The notes under the pieces were generated by a model. That model worked only from the letters and a program-made list of their open reading frames with translations, had not been told where the DNA came from and did not search any database. From contig NC_068987.1 of assembly GCF_001194135.2 (NCBI RefSeq), forward strand, positions 22,158,747 through 22,191,263: 32,517 nucleotides of DNA. Reading direction: 5' to 3'. Position numbers and translations under genes: made by a program. This document shows positions 10,241-21,522 of the stretch, piece after piece. The DNA comes from Octopus bimaculoides. Its lineage: Eukaryota. The number at the start of each line of letters is the position of its first letter. Position 1 is the stretch's first letter.

Positions 10241-13232
10241 GCATTGTAGTAGCTTCCTCATTGGCAGGTGTTGATTAATAGTAGTGATGGTTTTAGATTG
10301 TGTTGTGGTTCTGGTGATAGTGTGGTGGTGGTGGTGGTGGTGGCAGTGGTTTGTAAGCATGGTGACAGTGTAGTGGGAGGGTGGTGGTGGTTGGACAGGT
10401 AGTGGAGGTTGGATGTATTGATTGGTTGGGGTGGATGTTGGGAGAGGGGGTAGTGGTGATAAACAGGAAACTGTTTCTTTTATACGTGTGTGTATATGAG
10501 TGTACATATTTGTGTGTATGTTTGTATGTATATATGCATGTATATTTATGTATCTATGTATGTGTATTTGTGTGACTATATATATATGACTATATATGTA
10601 TGTTTCTGAAGATATGTGTGTGTATGTGTGTATGTGTGCATGTATACATGTTTATATCTGTGTGTGTGTATTAAAGCAAGTTGTTTATATATATATATTT
10701 AGAAATATATTTTAAACACAAATATTAATTCATCGGGTATTCAAAATACAAACATCATCATCATCATCAACAACTACAACAACCATAAGAACAACATCAG
10801 CATATCTGTGAAAACGGAAGCTATTCATATAGAACTGTTTGTTAAATTCCTGTGTATGGTTTCAATATAATACAATATAAATTGGAGAAGCACAGGTATA
10901 AATGTGTGTGTGTGTGTGTGTGTGTGCGTGCACGTGTGCATGCTTGTGTAATTGTAGAATATTGATTGTTTTTTTTTTTTGACATTTTTGTATAAATATT
11001 TATAGCTTGTTTATATTTAAATAATTATTTTACTCCAACCCTCCCCCTTACACTTCCGCCTTCCATCTGTTGGCTATTATGAAGAGATATTTCTGATTTC
11101 AATTTTACATTTTATTTTTCTGATTATACACATATGTACATACATGCATTCATCAATCCATCCATACACATTCATGCACACACACACACATACATGCATG
11201 CAGAATATAAATTGTATATTTAAATATACATCCCACACCTAAATTGTATGTATAAATACACAAATTGTAAGTATGAACACACATACATACATAAAAATTT
11301 ACACACATATGAATTTATACACACACACGCATTCATTCATATATATATGTGTGTGAATTATTGGAAACTGTAACTCCAGAAAATGTTATTCCAAGTTTAT
11401 TGTTTCCACTCTTTGGATGATTACGGAGAATAGAACATAAAATGTGTTACATGTGTAATAGACATACAATAGAGATTTTTGAATACAACTAGTGTTGATT
11501 GGATAAAATGAAACATGCCAGTTTGTGTAAGTTAAATATTATTATGAAAAACTATGAAAAAAAAAATGTGGGTGTGTGTGTGTGGGTGTGTGTGTGTGTG
11601 TGTGTGAATGTAAAATATATATAAATAGAAATTGCAATTATATTAGCTTTTCATTAAAGCATATTTTCATTGCAAATATGGAAAATCTTATTCTAAAATT
11701 GACCACTTGACTTTAAACCCTGTGCAAATGTACTTAGAAGGGTTTGTTATTAATTTTTTGTATCAGTGACTATTTTCATAAAGATAGGCCTTGAAAGAAT
11801 TCTTGTTCAATTCAATATAGGCTTTAGCAGTTGTTATTTTCTAATTATACCTTAATACAGTATACTAAGCCATTCACGGGACAGTTACCATCAGTTACTA
11901 TCATTATTTGGAGCAATGATATTACAGTTAAGAGAATATATTACAATATTATTGTTATTTGAAAGGGTTTTAGATTTGATAGGAGCTTCCATACTTTTAC
12001 AGCAAGAATTGCTTACCCTAATTGGGTTTTGGCTGAAAAACTTTTGATATCTATGATTCACTGGGAAATGAAATAAATTTCTGGAAATATGAATTCATAT
12101 ATTTAAGCTATAAGTTTGATTATACCATAGAATATTTCTTGGTTGGTTATTATACTTAGGAACATTAAATCAGAATGTGCATTGTATATTATATGTAAAC
12201 TACAGTTGTGAAAACTATAATTATAATAATGAAAAGCATTAATAATAGTAGCTTCATCTGAGATTATGTTGATCTTTGTTTGAGATTAAATTTTATTGAT
12301 AGATAGTTGATTGGATTTCTTATATGAAATAGTTTTTCATTTGGGCAAAATTTATTCATCTCTGAATTTAAAATAACATTCAAAAAATTAATCGCTCTAA
12401 GATTAGTGTCAACTGTAATTCATAATCCTATTTCACTAAATAATTTTATGAAGTTTTTATTCTAAATCTATTTAATCCATAACCATTCATATTATGTAAG
12501 ACTAAGCTTTCATCTCTGGGTAAACCTCATTTCAAGGTAGAAAGTCTTTCAGGCAAAAGGTCAAAAACATAGATTCCTATAATTTTGCATTTTTCAATTT
12601 TTTTTTTTTTTTTTGTTAGGATGCATAACTGAAAAATCAAAGGGTTTTCCTGGCATACATAACATCAAACTGAGTGGATTTAGTATATGATTCTTCATTA
12701 TATCTAATTAATTTTAATAAGATTAATTAACCTATATTTAGGGTGAATAGTGAAAGTAAGTTTGTGATCTTTAAAAGTAATGTATGATATATGTGCTGCT
12801 ATGCTCAAAATGCAAGGAAGGAGTAGATAGAAACTCCATATGGTGGACTCAGTATAATTATGGTTGCTTGAGGTGTACTGGGATCAAAAGCAGGCTGACT
12901 GTGAATACAGACTTTTTATGTAGCTGATGTGCAGGAGTAGTTAGCAGTCAGAACAGTAAGGTAAATTTTGTTCTGTGCTTGAATGGTTTCTTGAGTGTAC
13001 TTAACAGCTTCTGATACCTAGGTAACCTAAACAACTGCAGACAAAGATGTTCTGAGAACATAGTATCCAGAATAAGAACAAGGTGGAAAAAGTTCAGTGA
13101 GTTTATAACCTTTGTTTTATCAGCAAGGGGACCCTTTCTTTGTGCAAAGGGTAGATTATATGTTGCTTGTGTACAGACTGTGATGGGGCATAGTAGTGGA
13201 ACAAGGGTATTGAATACAAAGAATGCATTGTT

Positions 13233-13630
13233 GCAGGCATAGCTGTGTGGTTAAAACGCCTGCTTTGCAACCACATGGTTTCAGGTTCAGTCCCACTGCA
13301 CAGCACCTTCGGCAAGTGCCTTCCACTTTTACCCCAGGTGACCAATGCTTTGTGAGTGAATTTGGTCAGTGGAAACTATGTAGAAGCCTGCCATATACAT
13401 GTGTGTGTATGTAATTGTGTTTGCAGTTGTCCCCACTCCCAATGTTTGACAACAGGTGTTGGTTTGTTTATATCCGTGTAACTTAGTGGTTGGCAAAAGA
13501 GACCAATAGAATAAGTACCAGACGTTGGAAAAACAAACTTAGTACTGGGATTGGAGGATGGGGGTCAGTTAGTTTGAATAACCCTTTCATGCCCCAGCAT
13601 GGCCACAGTCAAATGACTGAAACCAGTAAC
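13233..13630 (+). mobile_element. Family A SINE, near full length, degenerate
   Basis: GCAGGCATAGCTGTGTGGTTAAAACGCC...GGTTCAGTCCCACTGC...CCAATAGAATAAGTACCAG...CCAGCATGGCCACAGTCAAATGACTGAAAC. Confidence 0.85.
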
Positions 13631-13995
13631 ATATAAATGATAATATAAGAGGCTGGAGAGAAATGAAACAAACATGCTCTGCCAGATTTGTAGTATTGGG
13701 GTTCGTAAGTAGTCTTATATAGATAAGCTTTGAGAAAAACAAGGTATAAGTGGAATTAGTTATAATGTGCAAGAGAAATTACTATATTCATCATTATCCG
13801 CTATTTCAGTCTGTATCAAAATGTATACAAACACGAGATAGTAGTTGCCTCCAAATATGAATCTATATTATGAAACATACCTCAAACTCATTTCATCAGT
13901 CACACTCTTCCTTGCTGGCTTCGGGCATGTTGGATGAGGGTATTATTGTATTTTAACGTGTATAAGGAAAAAAAGGTTTTGTAAAGTATTATGAT

Positions 13996-14387
13996 TGTTG
14001 TTGGCACTCCGTCGCTTACGACATCAAGGTTTTTTTGTTGAACCGATCAATGGAACTGCCTGCTCGTGAAATTAACGTGCAAGTGGCTTAGCACTCCACA
14101 GACACGTGTACCCTTAACGTAGTTCTCAGGAATATTCAGCGTGACAGAGTGCAACAAGGCTGACCCTTTGAATTACAGGCACAACAAAAGCAGGAAGTAA
14201 GAGTGAGAGAAAGTTGTGATGAAAGAGTACAGCAGGGTTCGCCACCATCCCCTGCCGGAGCCTCGTGGGGCTTTAGGTGTTTTTGCTCAATAAACACTCA
14301 CAACGCCCGGTCTGGGAATCGAAACTGCGATCCTATGACCGTGAGTCTGCTGCCCTAACCACTGGGCCATTGCACCTCCACATAGGT
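13996..14387 (-). mobile_element. Family B tRNA-derived SINE, full length, (AAC)n tail, 11-bp TSD
   Basis: Minus-strand head GGAGGTGCAATGGCCCAGTGGTTAGGGCAGC (A box) with B-box-like GTTTCGATTCCC. TSD AGTATTATGAT at 13985-13995 and 14388-14398. Closely matches 17733-18097. Confidence 0.92.
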
Positions 14388-14474
14388 AGTATTATGATAC
14401 TATCCATGTATAAGAAACTCCCATATTTTGTTAACCTAATTTTTGACAAAAAATAGTTCCTTATACAGAGATTT

Positions 14475-14830
14475 CCTTCTCTGAAATTGATTCTTTCACT
14501 GCAGCTAAAGTGCTCAATCTACCTTTACAAAAATCTTTTTAACCAATATATGAAACCCTGACAGGTATTATCATTCAAGGTCAGAGCACACCTTGGGGTA
14601 ATAATATTTAAGGGGTGACTCCATGCTCCCCACAACTCCAGAATTCTTAAACTGGAGTTTTTTTTCTCCGAGATTGATTCTTTCACTGCAGCTAAGGAGC
14701 TCAGTCTACCCTTACAAAAATCTATTTACCCATTAGGTGTAACCGTGACAAGTACTACCATTCTGGGTCAGAACAGACCTGGGGGTAATGATAATTAAAG
14801 GGTGACTCCCCACTCCCCGTGACTCCAGAG
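14475..14830. repeat. Diverged tandem duplication with a 187-bp period
   Basis: ATTGATTCTTTCACTGCAGCTAA at 14486 and 14673; ACTCCAG at 14635 and 14822. Confidence 0.85.
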
Positions 14831-15021
14831 AACCCTGGTGCAAGATGCCAACATAGCAAAATTGAAACTGAGACCTCAAGATTTGCAAAGTAAATTTCTT
14901 AACCATCTGACAACACTGTGCCTCATAGCTATAAAGTGTTTGTAATCTGAAATAATACATATATATATATATATATATGTCAGTAAATAGTGGGGTTGTG
15001 TTAACTGCACGTGGAGAAATA

Positions 15022-15955
15022 ATAGGAAAATGAAAAATAATAATAAGGCAGAACGCTAAACTGGATGCATATTTTAATAAAGATTTCTAACCGGCTTNNN
15101 NNNNNNNNNNNNNNNNNNNNNNNNNNNNNNNNNNNNNNNNNNNNNNNNNNNNNNNNNNNNNNNNNNNNNNNNNNNNNNNNNNNNNNNNNNNNNNNNNNNN
15201 NNNNNNNNNNNNNNNNNNNNNNNNNNNNNNNNNNNNNNNNNNNNNNNNNNNNNNNNNNNNNNNNNNNNNNNNNNNNNNNNNNNNNNNNNNNNNNNNNNNN
15301 NNNNNNNNNNNNNNNNNNNNNNNNNNNNNNNNNNNNNNNNNNNNNNNNNNNNNNNNNNNNNNNNNNNNNNNNNNNNNNNNNNNNNNNNNNNNNNNNNNNN
15401 NNNNNNNNNNNNNNNNNNNNNNNNNNNNNNNNNNNNNNNNNNNNNNNNNNNNNNNNNNNNNNNNNNNNNNNNNNNNNNNNNNNNNNNNNNNNNNNNNNNN
15501 NNNNNNNNNNNNNNNNNNNNNNNNNNNNNNNNNNNNNNNNNNNNNNNNNNNNNNNNNNNNNNNNNNNNNNNNNNNNNNNNNNNNNNNNNNNNNNNNNNNN
15601 NNNNNNNNNNNNNNNNNNNNNNNNNNNNNNNNNNNNNNNNNNNNNNNNNNNNNNNNNNNNNNNNNNNNNNNNNNNNNNNNNNNNNNNNNNNNNNNNNNNN
15701 NNNNNNNNNNNNNNNNNNNNNNNNNNNNNNNNNNNNNNNNNNNNNNNNNNNNNNNNNNNNNNNNNNNNNNNNNNNNNNNNNNNNNNNNNNNNNNNNNNNN
15801 NNNNNNNNNNNNNNNNNNNNNNNNNNNNNNNNNNNNNNNNNNNNNNNNNNNNNNNNNNNNNNNNNNNNNNNNNNNNNNNNNNNNNNNNNNNNNNNNNNNN
15901 NNNNNNNNNNNNNCAGTTTAGCATTCTGCCTTATTATTATTTTTCATTCTCCTAT
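15022..15955. mobile_element. Element bounded by inverted repeats with an unsequenced interior (N 15098-15913); possibly Penelope-like inverted pLTRs or a TIR element
   Basis: 15022-15063 and 15914-15955 are reverse complements at 40/42 positions. The right arm runs into (TA)n. Confidence 0.6.
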
Positions 15956-16088
15956 ATATATATATATATATATTCATTTATAAACATCCTTAGCAACAGA
16001 ATGTCTCTTTGCTAACGATGGCTGTAATAATTAGTGGATTAAAATACATTAAAATATTGCCAGGAATATCTTTGCATGCGTGCACACG

Positions 16089-16119
<31 letters not shown>

Positions 16120-16359
16120 GATGTATAATGCATTTTTCTTTTTCTTTTCTTTTCTTTTTTTTCTTTCCATACCAGATATCGATATCTATATTATTTAGTA
16201 GTAGTAGTGTGAAATATATTAAAATATTGACCACTTATATATATGTCTAGAGAATTATGTTCACACACACATAGTTACATAGCAACTCAGTTTCCTTCCG
16301 ATATTTCTGGTTTTAATGGTTAGAAACACAAAATACATTCCAGTACTGACCACGTATTC

Positions 16360-16950
16360 TTTTATTCTTTTACTTGTTCCAGTCATTTGAACATGCCCAT
16401 GCTGGGGCACTACTTTCTAGGATTTACTCAATCAAATTGACCCCTGTACTTTTTCTTAAGTCAGGTACTTATTCTCTTGGTTTCTTTTCGCTGAACTGCT
16501 CACTAAGTGGGGGAGGTGATGTAAACAAACCAACACCAGTTGTGAACTGGTGAGACATGTATACACATATACATGAGTGCAGGCATGGTTGTGTGGTTAA
16601 GGAGTTTGCTTCCTAATCACAAGGTTTCTGGTTTAGTCCCACTGTGCAGCACCTTGTTCTGTGAGTGGATTTAGTTGATGGAAACTGAAAGAAACCCATT
16701 GCGCGCGCGCGCGCGCGCGTGTGTGTGTGTACATGGTAATCCATCAGTTATGATGATGGGTGTTCCAGTTGATCTGATCAACGGAACATCTTGCTCGTGA
16801 AATTAATGTGCAAGTGGCTGAGCACTCCACAGACATGTGTACCCTTAACGTAGTTCTCAGGGAGATTCAGCGTGACGCAGAATGTGACAAGGCTGACCCT
16901 TTAAAATACAAATACTACTCATTTTTGCCAGCTGAGTGAACTGGAGCAAT
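16360..16950. mobile_element. SINE cluster: family A tail (-, 16360-16556), family A head (+, 16577-16700), and a B-type 3' module joined to a D-type core (-, about 16745-16950)
   Basis: Direct matches to the family A copies. GTTCCAGTTGATCTGATCAACGGAAC...GCTCGTGAAATTAATGTGCAAGTGGCTGAGCACTCC matches family B, and CTCATTTTTGCCAGCTGAGTGAACTGGAGC matches the family D core. Confidence 0.8.
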
Positions 16951-17020
16951 GTGAAATTTAAGCCTGTTGTATATATGTGTGTAGAAAAAAAATATATATA
17001 AATATGAAGCCTGTTGTATA

Positions 17021-17067
<47 letters not shown>

Positions 17068-17732
17068 GTAAGTAGGTCTTTCTTCTGATTTCATCTGTTT
17101 AGCTCTCTGTTTTGTTTTAAATCTGGTGAAATAATTCTTTTGATGAAGTATTATAGAATGTCAGAGGGGACAACATTCACATTGAGTGTAAACCTTTTTG
17201 TGTCATTGATGTCATTCATCTCCCATGCACTTTTCCATGTTATGGTGCACACAAATCTGTTACATGGCCCTCTAGTCATTACACTTGACTGTTAAGTGAC
17301 CAGTAGTCATTCACATTGAACACTATCAAAATTCAGTCAGGCTTATCTGTTAGGTAGTGCCAGAATGTTCTGGGGACTGACCATGTTTTTTTTCTTTTTC
17401 TTTTTTCTTTTTTTTTTCCATCTTGTTGTTGCACTAACCTCATTGATTGATGGAGTAAAAGGAAACAAAAGCTGAGGTTGATAATATGTGATAAGGCAAC
17501 ACATATGTGGTTCTTTGGTTTGTTAGAAATAACAGCCAACAGTCAAGTCTTCCACAAATTATTCTCTGCTGCCTATAAGAAAGGAAATGTATTTAGTACT
17601 AGATATTATGTTTGAATAAAGGAAAGAATGGTTATAGCGGGAATGTCTTTGAGCATAGATCTATTTGATGAGGGATGACCCAAGGCTAAACAGCAATTCT
17701 ATGTGTGTGTTTGTATGCATGCCTCTGTGTGT

Positions 17733-18097
17733 TTACGACGTCGAGGGTTCCAGTTGATCCGATCAATGGAACAGCCTGCTCGTGAAATTAACGTGCAAGT
17801 GGCTGAGTACTCCACAGACACGTGTACCCTTAACGTAGTTCTCGGGGATATTCAGCGTGACACAGTGTGGCAAGGCTGACCCTTTGAATTACAGGCACAA
17901 CAGAAACAGGAAGTAAGAGTGAGAGAAAGTTGTGGTGAAAGAGTACAACAGGGTTCGCCACCATCCCCTGCCGGAGCCTCGTGGAGCTTTAGGTGTTTTT
18001 GCTCAATAAACACTCACAATGCCCAATCTGGGAATCGAAACCGCAATCCTATGACCGTGAGTCCGCTGCCCTAACCACTGGGCCATTGCGCCTCCAC
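17733..18097 (-). mobile_element. Family B SINE with a perfect 12-bp TSD, lacking the terminal ~20 nt and (AAC)n tail
   Basis: TSD GCCTCTGTGTGT at 17721-17732 and 18098-18109; collinear with 13996-14387. Confidence 0.92.
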
Positions 18098-18151
18098 GCC
18101 TCTGTGTGTGTGTGTGTGTAAATGGATAAGAATGAATATGAGTGATATAGT

Positions 18152-18410
18152 GAAGGCGTGGCCTAGTGGTTAGGCTGTTGCACTCATGATTGCTAGATCA
18201 CGGGTTTGAATCCCAGACCAGGCAGTGCATTGTGTTCTTGAGCAAAGCACTTCATTTCATGTTGCTCCAGTCCCCCCTTTGGATCAGTTAGGAATGTTGG
18301 CCTGCTTGCCTAGCCAGCAGGGTGACATAATTTGAAGGCTAAAACAATGCAAAGTACATTGCGACCAGTGATATAAAACAACACTTGATGGTCTGGTCAG
18401 TCATATGATT
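18152..18410 (+). mobile_element. Family D SINE with an alternative 3' module
   Basis: GAAGGCGTGGCCTAGTGGTTAGG...GGGTTTGAATCCC...GTGTTCTTGAGCAAAGCACTT...TTGCTCCAGT, then GGCCTGCTTGCCTAGCCAGCAGGG...GACCAGTGATATAAAACAA. Confidence 0.8.
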
Positions 18411-18889
18411 AATGTGGGTGATATAAATATATATAGATGAGTGTTGGTCTCTATACTCACAACACGTGATTTGAGAAAGAAAATAAATACCTTCTATAGT
18501 CATCATCAGTGCTTTATCTATGCTGTTCCATGCTGAGATGAGCTGGATGCGGTAGCGTAAGGGAGGGTACCCCAGGCAGCACTTTTATGAAAGCTTGGTT
18601 ATACAGCATGTATAAGCTTCTATCTGCTTCATGCGTCAGGTGGAGGGGTTAAATTCATGGGCTACTCCACTACCATTACCACCACCTCCATAACCCAGGT
18701 GGCATGCCCTCCGACTATGCTATCGGCTGGACAGTTTTCTGAGGCAATGTTTCTTTATCTTTATAAAGGCTGGATGCTCCATCCTCTTGCCAACTCCATT
18801 ACGCATCTCTTGAAATACACAAGGACATGGTGTACTTAATTCTAAAATGCTGTGCTAGAAGTAACAGCCTTAAACCATACTCTACCAGC

Positions 18890-19120
18890 TTAATCTTTTA
18901 TCATTCAAACTAGCCATATCAGGCCAAAATATTCTACATTTTATGTTCAAACCAGCCAGATACCGCCTCTCATACTTACTCTACAATGTCCTTCTAAAAA
19001 TAAGCAATCACATCATATAAGCTGTGATTATCATACAAGATAATCCAAGTTTAACTCAAAACAATGTAAGTCTCAATAAGCTTTACATTTGACAGAATAA
19101 TCTGAATGCTAAAGGTTTAA
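18890..19120. mobile_element. Second, longer copy of the piggyBac-like MITE
   Basis: TTAATCTTTTATCATTC...GAATGCTAAAGGTTTAA with TTAA at both ends. It shares CTACAATGTC.TTCTAA, AAGATAAT and ACATTTGA.A.AATAATCTGAATGCTAAAGG with 3601-3783. Confidence 0.75.
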
Positions 19121-19305
19121 AAATACAAGCACTATATTTGACGGTTTGCAAAGCGTCAAACATATGAAATGCACTTCTGTTGTAGCTGGTTCTTTTCTTG
19201 AACCTCAAACACCAATAATCTGATTGTGCGTATAAGATGCAGGCTGGTTTTGTGGGATCTTTTTTTGAAGAAAATGAAAGTGCATCCTTTAAGCCATCAA
19301 ATATG

Positions 19306-19530
19306 TTACTTTTCTTCTTTAAATGAACTCTGACATTCCTTAACAATTGACTGCCTATAAGTGCTGTCACCCATAGCAGCAGGCAGATTTTCCAACATTA
19401 TTCCACTATTTTGTATCAATTGTTTGATGTATATGCGAATTGAGGTCTTCCTTTTTGTCTTTAGCCATGAGTAGGTTTCCATAGCAACCACTACATGTTA
19501 TACATTGGATGCCAGTGTCCTAAATTCATT
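19306..19530 (-). pseudogene. Decayed 3' end of an RTE-like LINE ORF
   Basis: Minus strand reads GHW...WLLWKPTHG*RQKGRPQFAY, then after a frameshift IKQLIQNSGIMLENLPAAMGDSTYRQSIV. This fits the C-terminal pattern GH...LLW.P.HG.R..GRP...YI.QL..D.G...E.L..AM.DR..WR of RTE-like elements as I recall it. Confidence 0.65.
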
Positions 19531-20117
19531 ATGTTGGGATGGGATGGGGTTTGGAAAGACAGGATGGTCACAGCTGGAAATCCTTTGGTCATAAAGTCAA
19601 TTCGATTGGATTAAACCGTGGAGTTTGAACAACTACAATAATCGGCAACGAACTACCACTTCATCTAATGAAATACTTATCTCGTCTGCTTAACGACTTT
19701 ACTTATGACTAACATTGCTAACAAACTCTATGTGGTCACTTAATCTGCAAGAAATAACAGCCAAATCTCTCTTTTAAATCACTTCTGATAGGCTTAAAGA
19801 AAAGAAGGGTATGCTGGATATTGTTACCCTAAATACATTGTATGAGAGAATGAAAGTGGATGGGTGGTTAAGGTTCCTACCATGCCCATTCCGACTTCTT
19901 GTTTTTTTTTGTTTTTGGTTTTCTTTTCTTTTTATTGGGACTTGAGGGATGTTCAGCTGCTAATGCTTCCGTAATTTCTAACCTGTTTCTAGCATAGAGG
20001 CTTCTCTTGTTTAATCCTAGGTTTGTGATAGTCAGAAGAGTGGGGGGGGGGAGTGCCCTCCTATGCTGGTGGTGGAAGGGTTGATTAAGTTTACCTGGAA
20101 AATCTGCAGGCCTCATT

Positions 20118-21420
20118 GGTGACGGCGATGGTAGCTATGGAGATGATGGATGGTAGTGGAGATGATTCTAATGGTGGTAGTGATGGCAATGGTGATGATG
20201 ATAATGATGATGAAACTGATGATGCCAGTACTGCTGCTGCTGATGATGATGATGATGGTAGTGATGGTGATGATGATAATGATGGTTGACAATGATGATG
20301 ATCATAGCAATGATGATGAAGATGATNNNNNNNNNNATGGTTGACAATGATGATGATCATAGCAATGATGATGAAGATGATGGCCGTGATTCTGATGGTG
20401 GTAGTGATGGTGATGAAGATAACAATGGTTGACAATGATGATGATGAAACTGATGATGCCAATGCTTTTGATGATGATGGTAGTGGTGGTGGTGGTGATG
20501 ATGAGGATGATGGCGATGATTGTGATGATGCCAATGTCGCCGATGGTGATGGGAATGATGATCACAACAGCAGTTAACAGTGATGATGTTGCTCTTGCCA
20601 CTGATGACGGTGATCATGGCAATGATGATGATGATGGTTAATGATGAGGAGGCTGGCTCTGTTTGTGTGTTAGAATGAATAAGAATTTGAAATGGCTGAG
20701 GGCACCATTCCTTCATTGAAATTAAGTGAGGATTACGAAAATGTATTGTCTGTGTATGTGCATGTTCTCATCCGTGCACGCGTTTTACAAGGGCCCACTG
20801 CCATGCTCCTCCTCCTCCTCCTCCTCCTCCTAGTTTTTCTGTAACCATGGTTACCGTAGTCATCGTTGTCTGGCCAAACTTCTCTTCCAGACTTTACAGG
20901 AACTTTGGTATTTCCGACATAATGCTGTCTGCTATTTCTTCCACCACCACTACCACCACCACCACCAATCTCCTCATCGCCTCCATAACACAACAATTTA
21001 CCAGAAATATTTAGTGGTGATGATGGTCATGGTGGCAGTGGCGGTGATGGTCGTGGTAGTGATGCTGAGAGCAATATTTGCGATGGTGGTGGTGGTGGTG
21101 GTGGTAGTTGTGATTATGGTGATCACAATGGTAATGGTGGTGTTACTGATGGCAGTGATGATACTGCTTGTGGAGGAGGTGATGATGATAGTGATGATGG
21201 TCGGAGTAATGCTGATAACAATGATGATGATGGTGGTGGTGGTGGTGGTGGTGGTGGCTGTGGTGGTAGTGTGGTGCTGCTGATGAAAATGGTAGTGATG
21301 GTGTTAATAATGATGATGATGATTGTGGTGGCGGTAGTGACTGCAATGATAATCATGATGGTAATGATGGTGGTGGTAGTGGTGGTGGTGGTGGTGGTAA
21401 TGATACAGATGCTGGTAGTT
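20118..21420. repeat. Two degenerate (GAT)n/(GGT)n trinucleotide fields (20118-20645 and 21014-21420)
   Basis: Direct inspection. They produce the spurious poly-M/D/V/H ORFs in the track. Confidence 0.9.
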
Positions 21421-21481
21421 ATAGGTTATTTAGTGTTATTAAAGTGATGATAGGTCAGGGTAGATTGAGCAAAATTGAATA

Positions 21482-21522
<41 letters not shown>

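Noticed and set aside
11041-11080. CACTTCCGCC (ETS-like) and CATCTG (E-box) as a promoter
   Set aside because: These are short motifs with no CpG-rich context or adjacent first exon.
13880-13945. Minus-strand segment ending in a GAG|GTATGT donor
   Set aside because: There is no acceptor upstream and no recognisable peptide.
14300-14387. tRNA-like A and B boxes here and at other SINE heads
   Set aside because: They continue directly into SINE bodies with TSDs and do not form a complete cloverleaf, so they are not tRNA genes.
20282-20385. Exact ~45-bp duplication on either side of the 10-N gap
   Set aside because: An identical sequence flanking a minimal gap is the typical signature of unmerged overlapping contig ends.
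20860-20925. LLFQTLQELWYF as a possible match to the preceding RARS1 exon (HFQTIF..GWY)
   Set aside because: Similarity is limited to FQT and WY, the GFGVVLGED motif is missing, and there is no suitably placed donor.
20091-21356. Acidic, His-rich and Met/Val-rich ORFs
   Set aside because: These are translations of (GAT)n/(GGT)n repeats that are open in several frames on both strands, with no domain or splice support.
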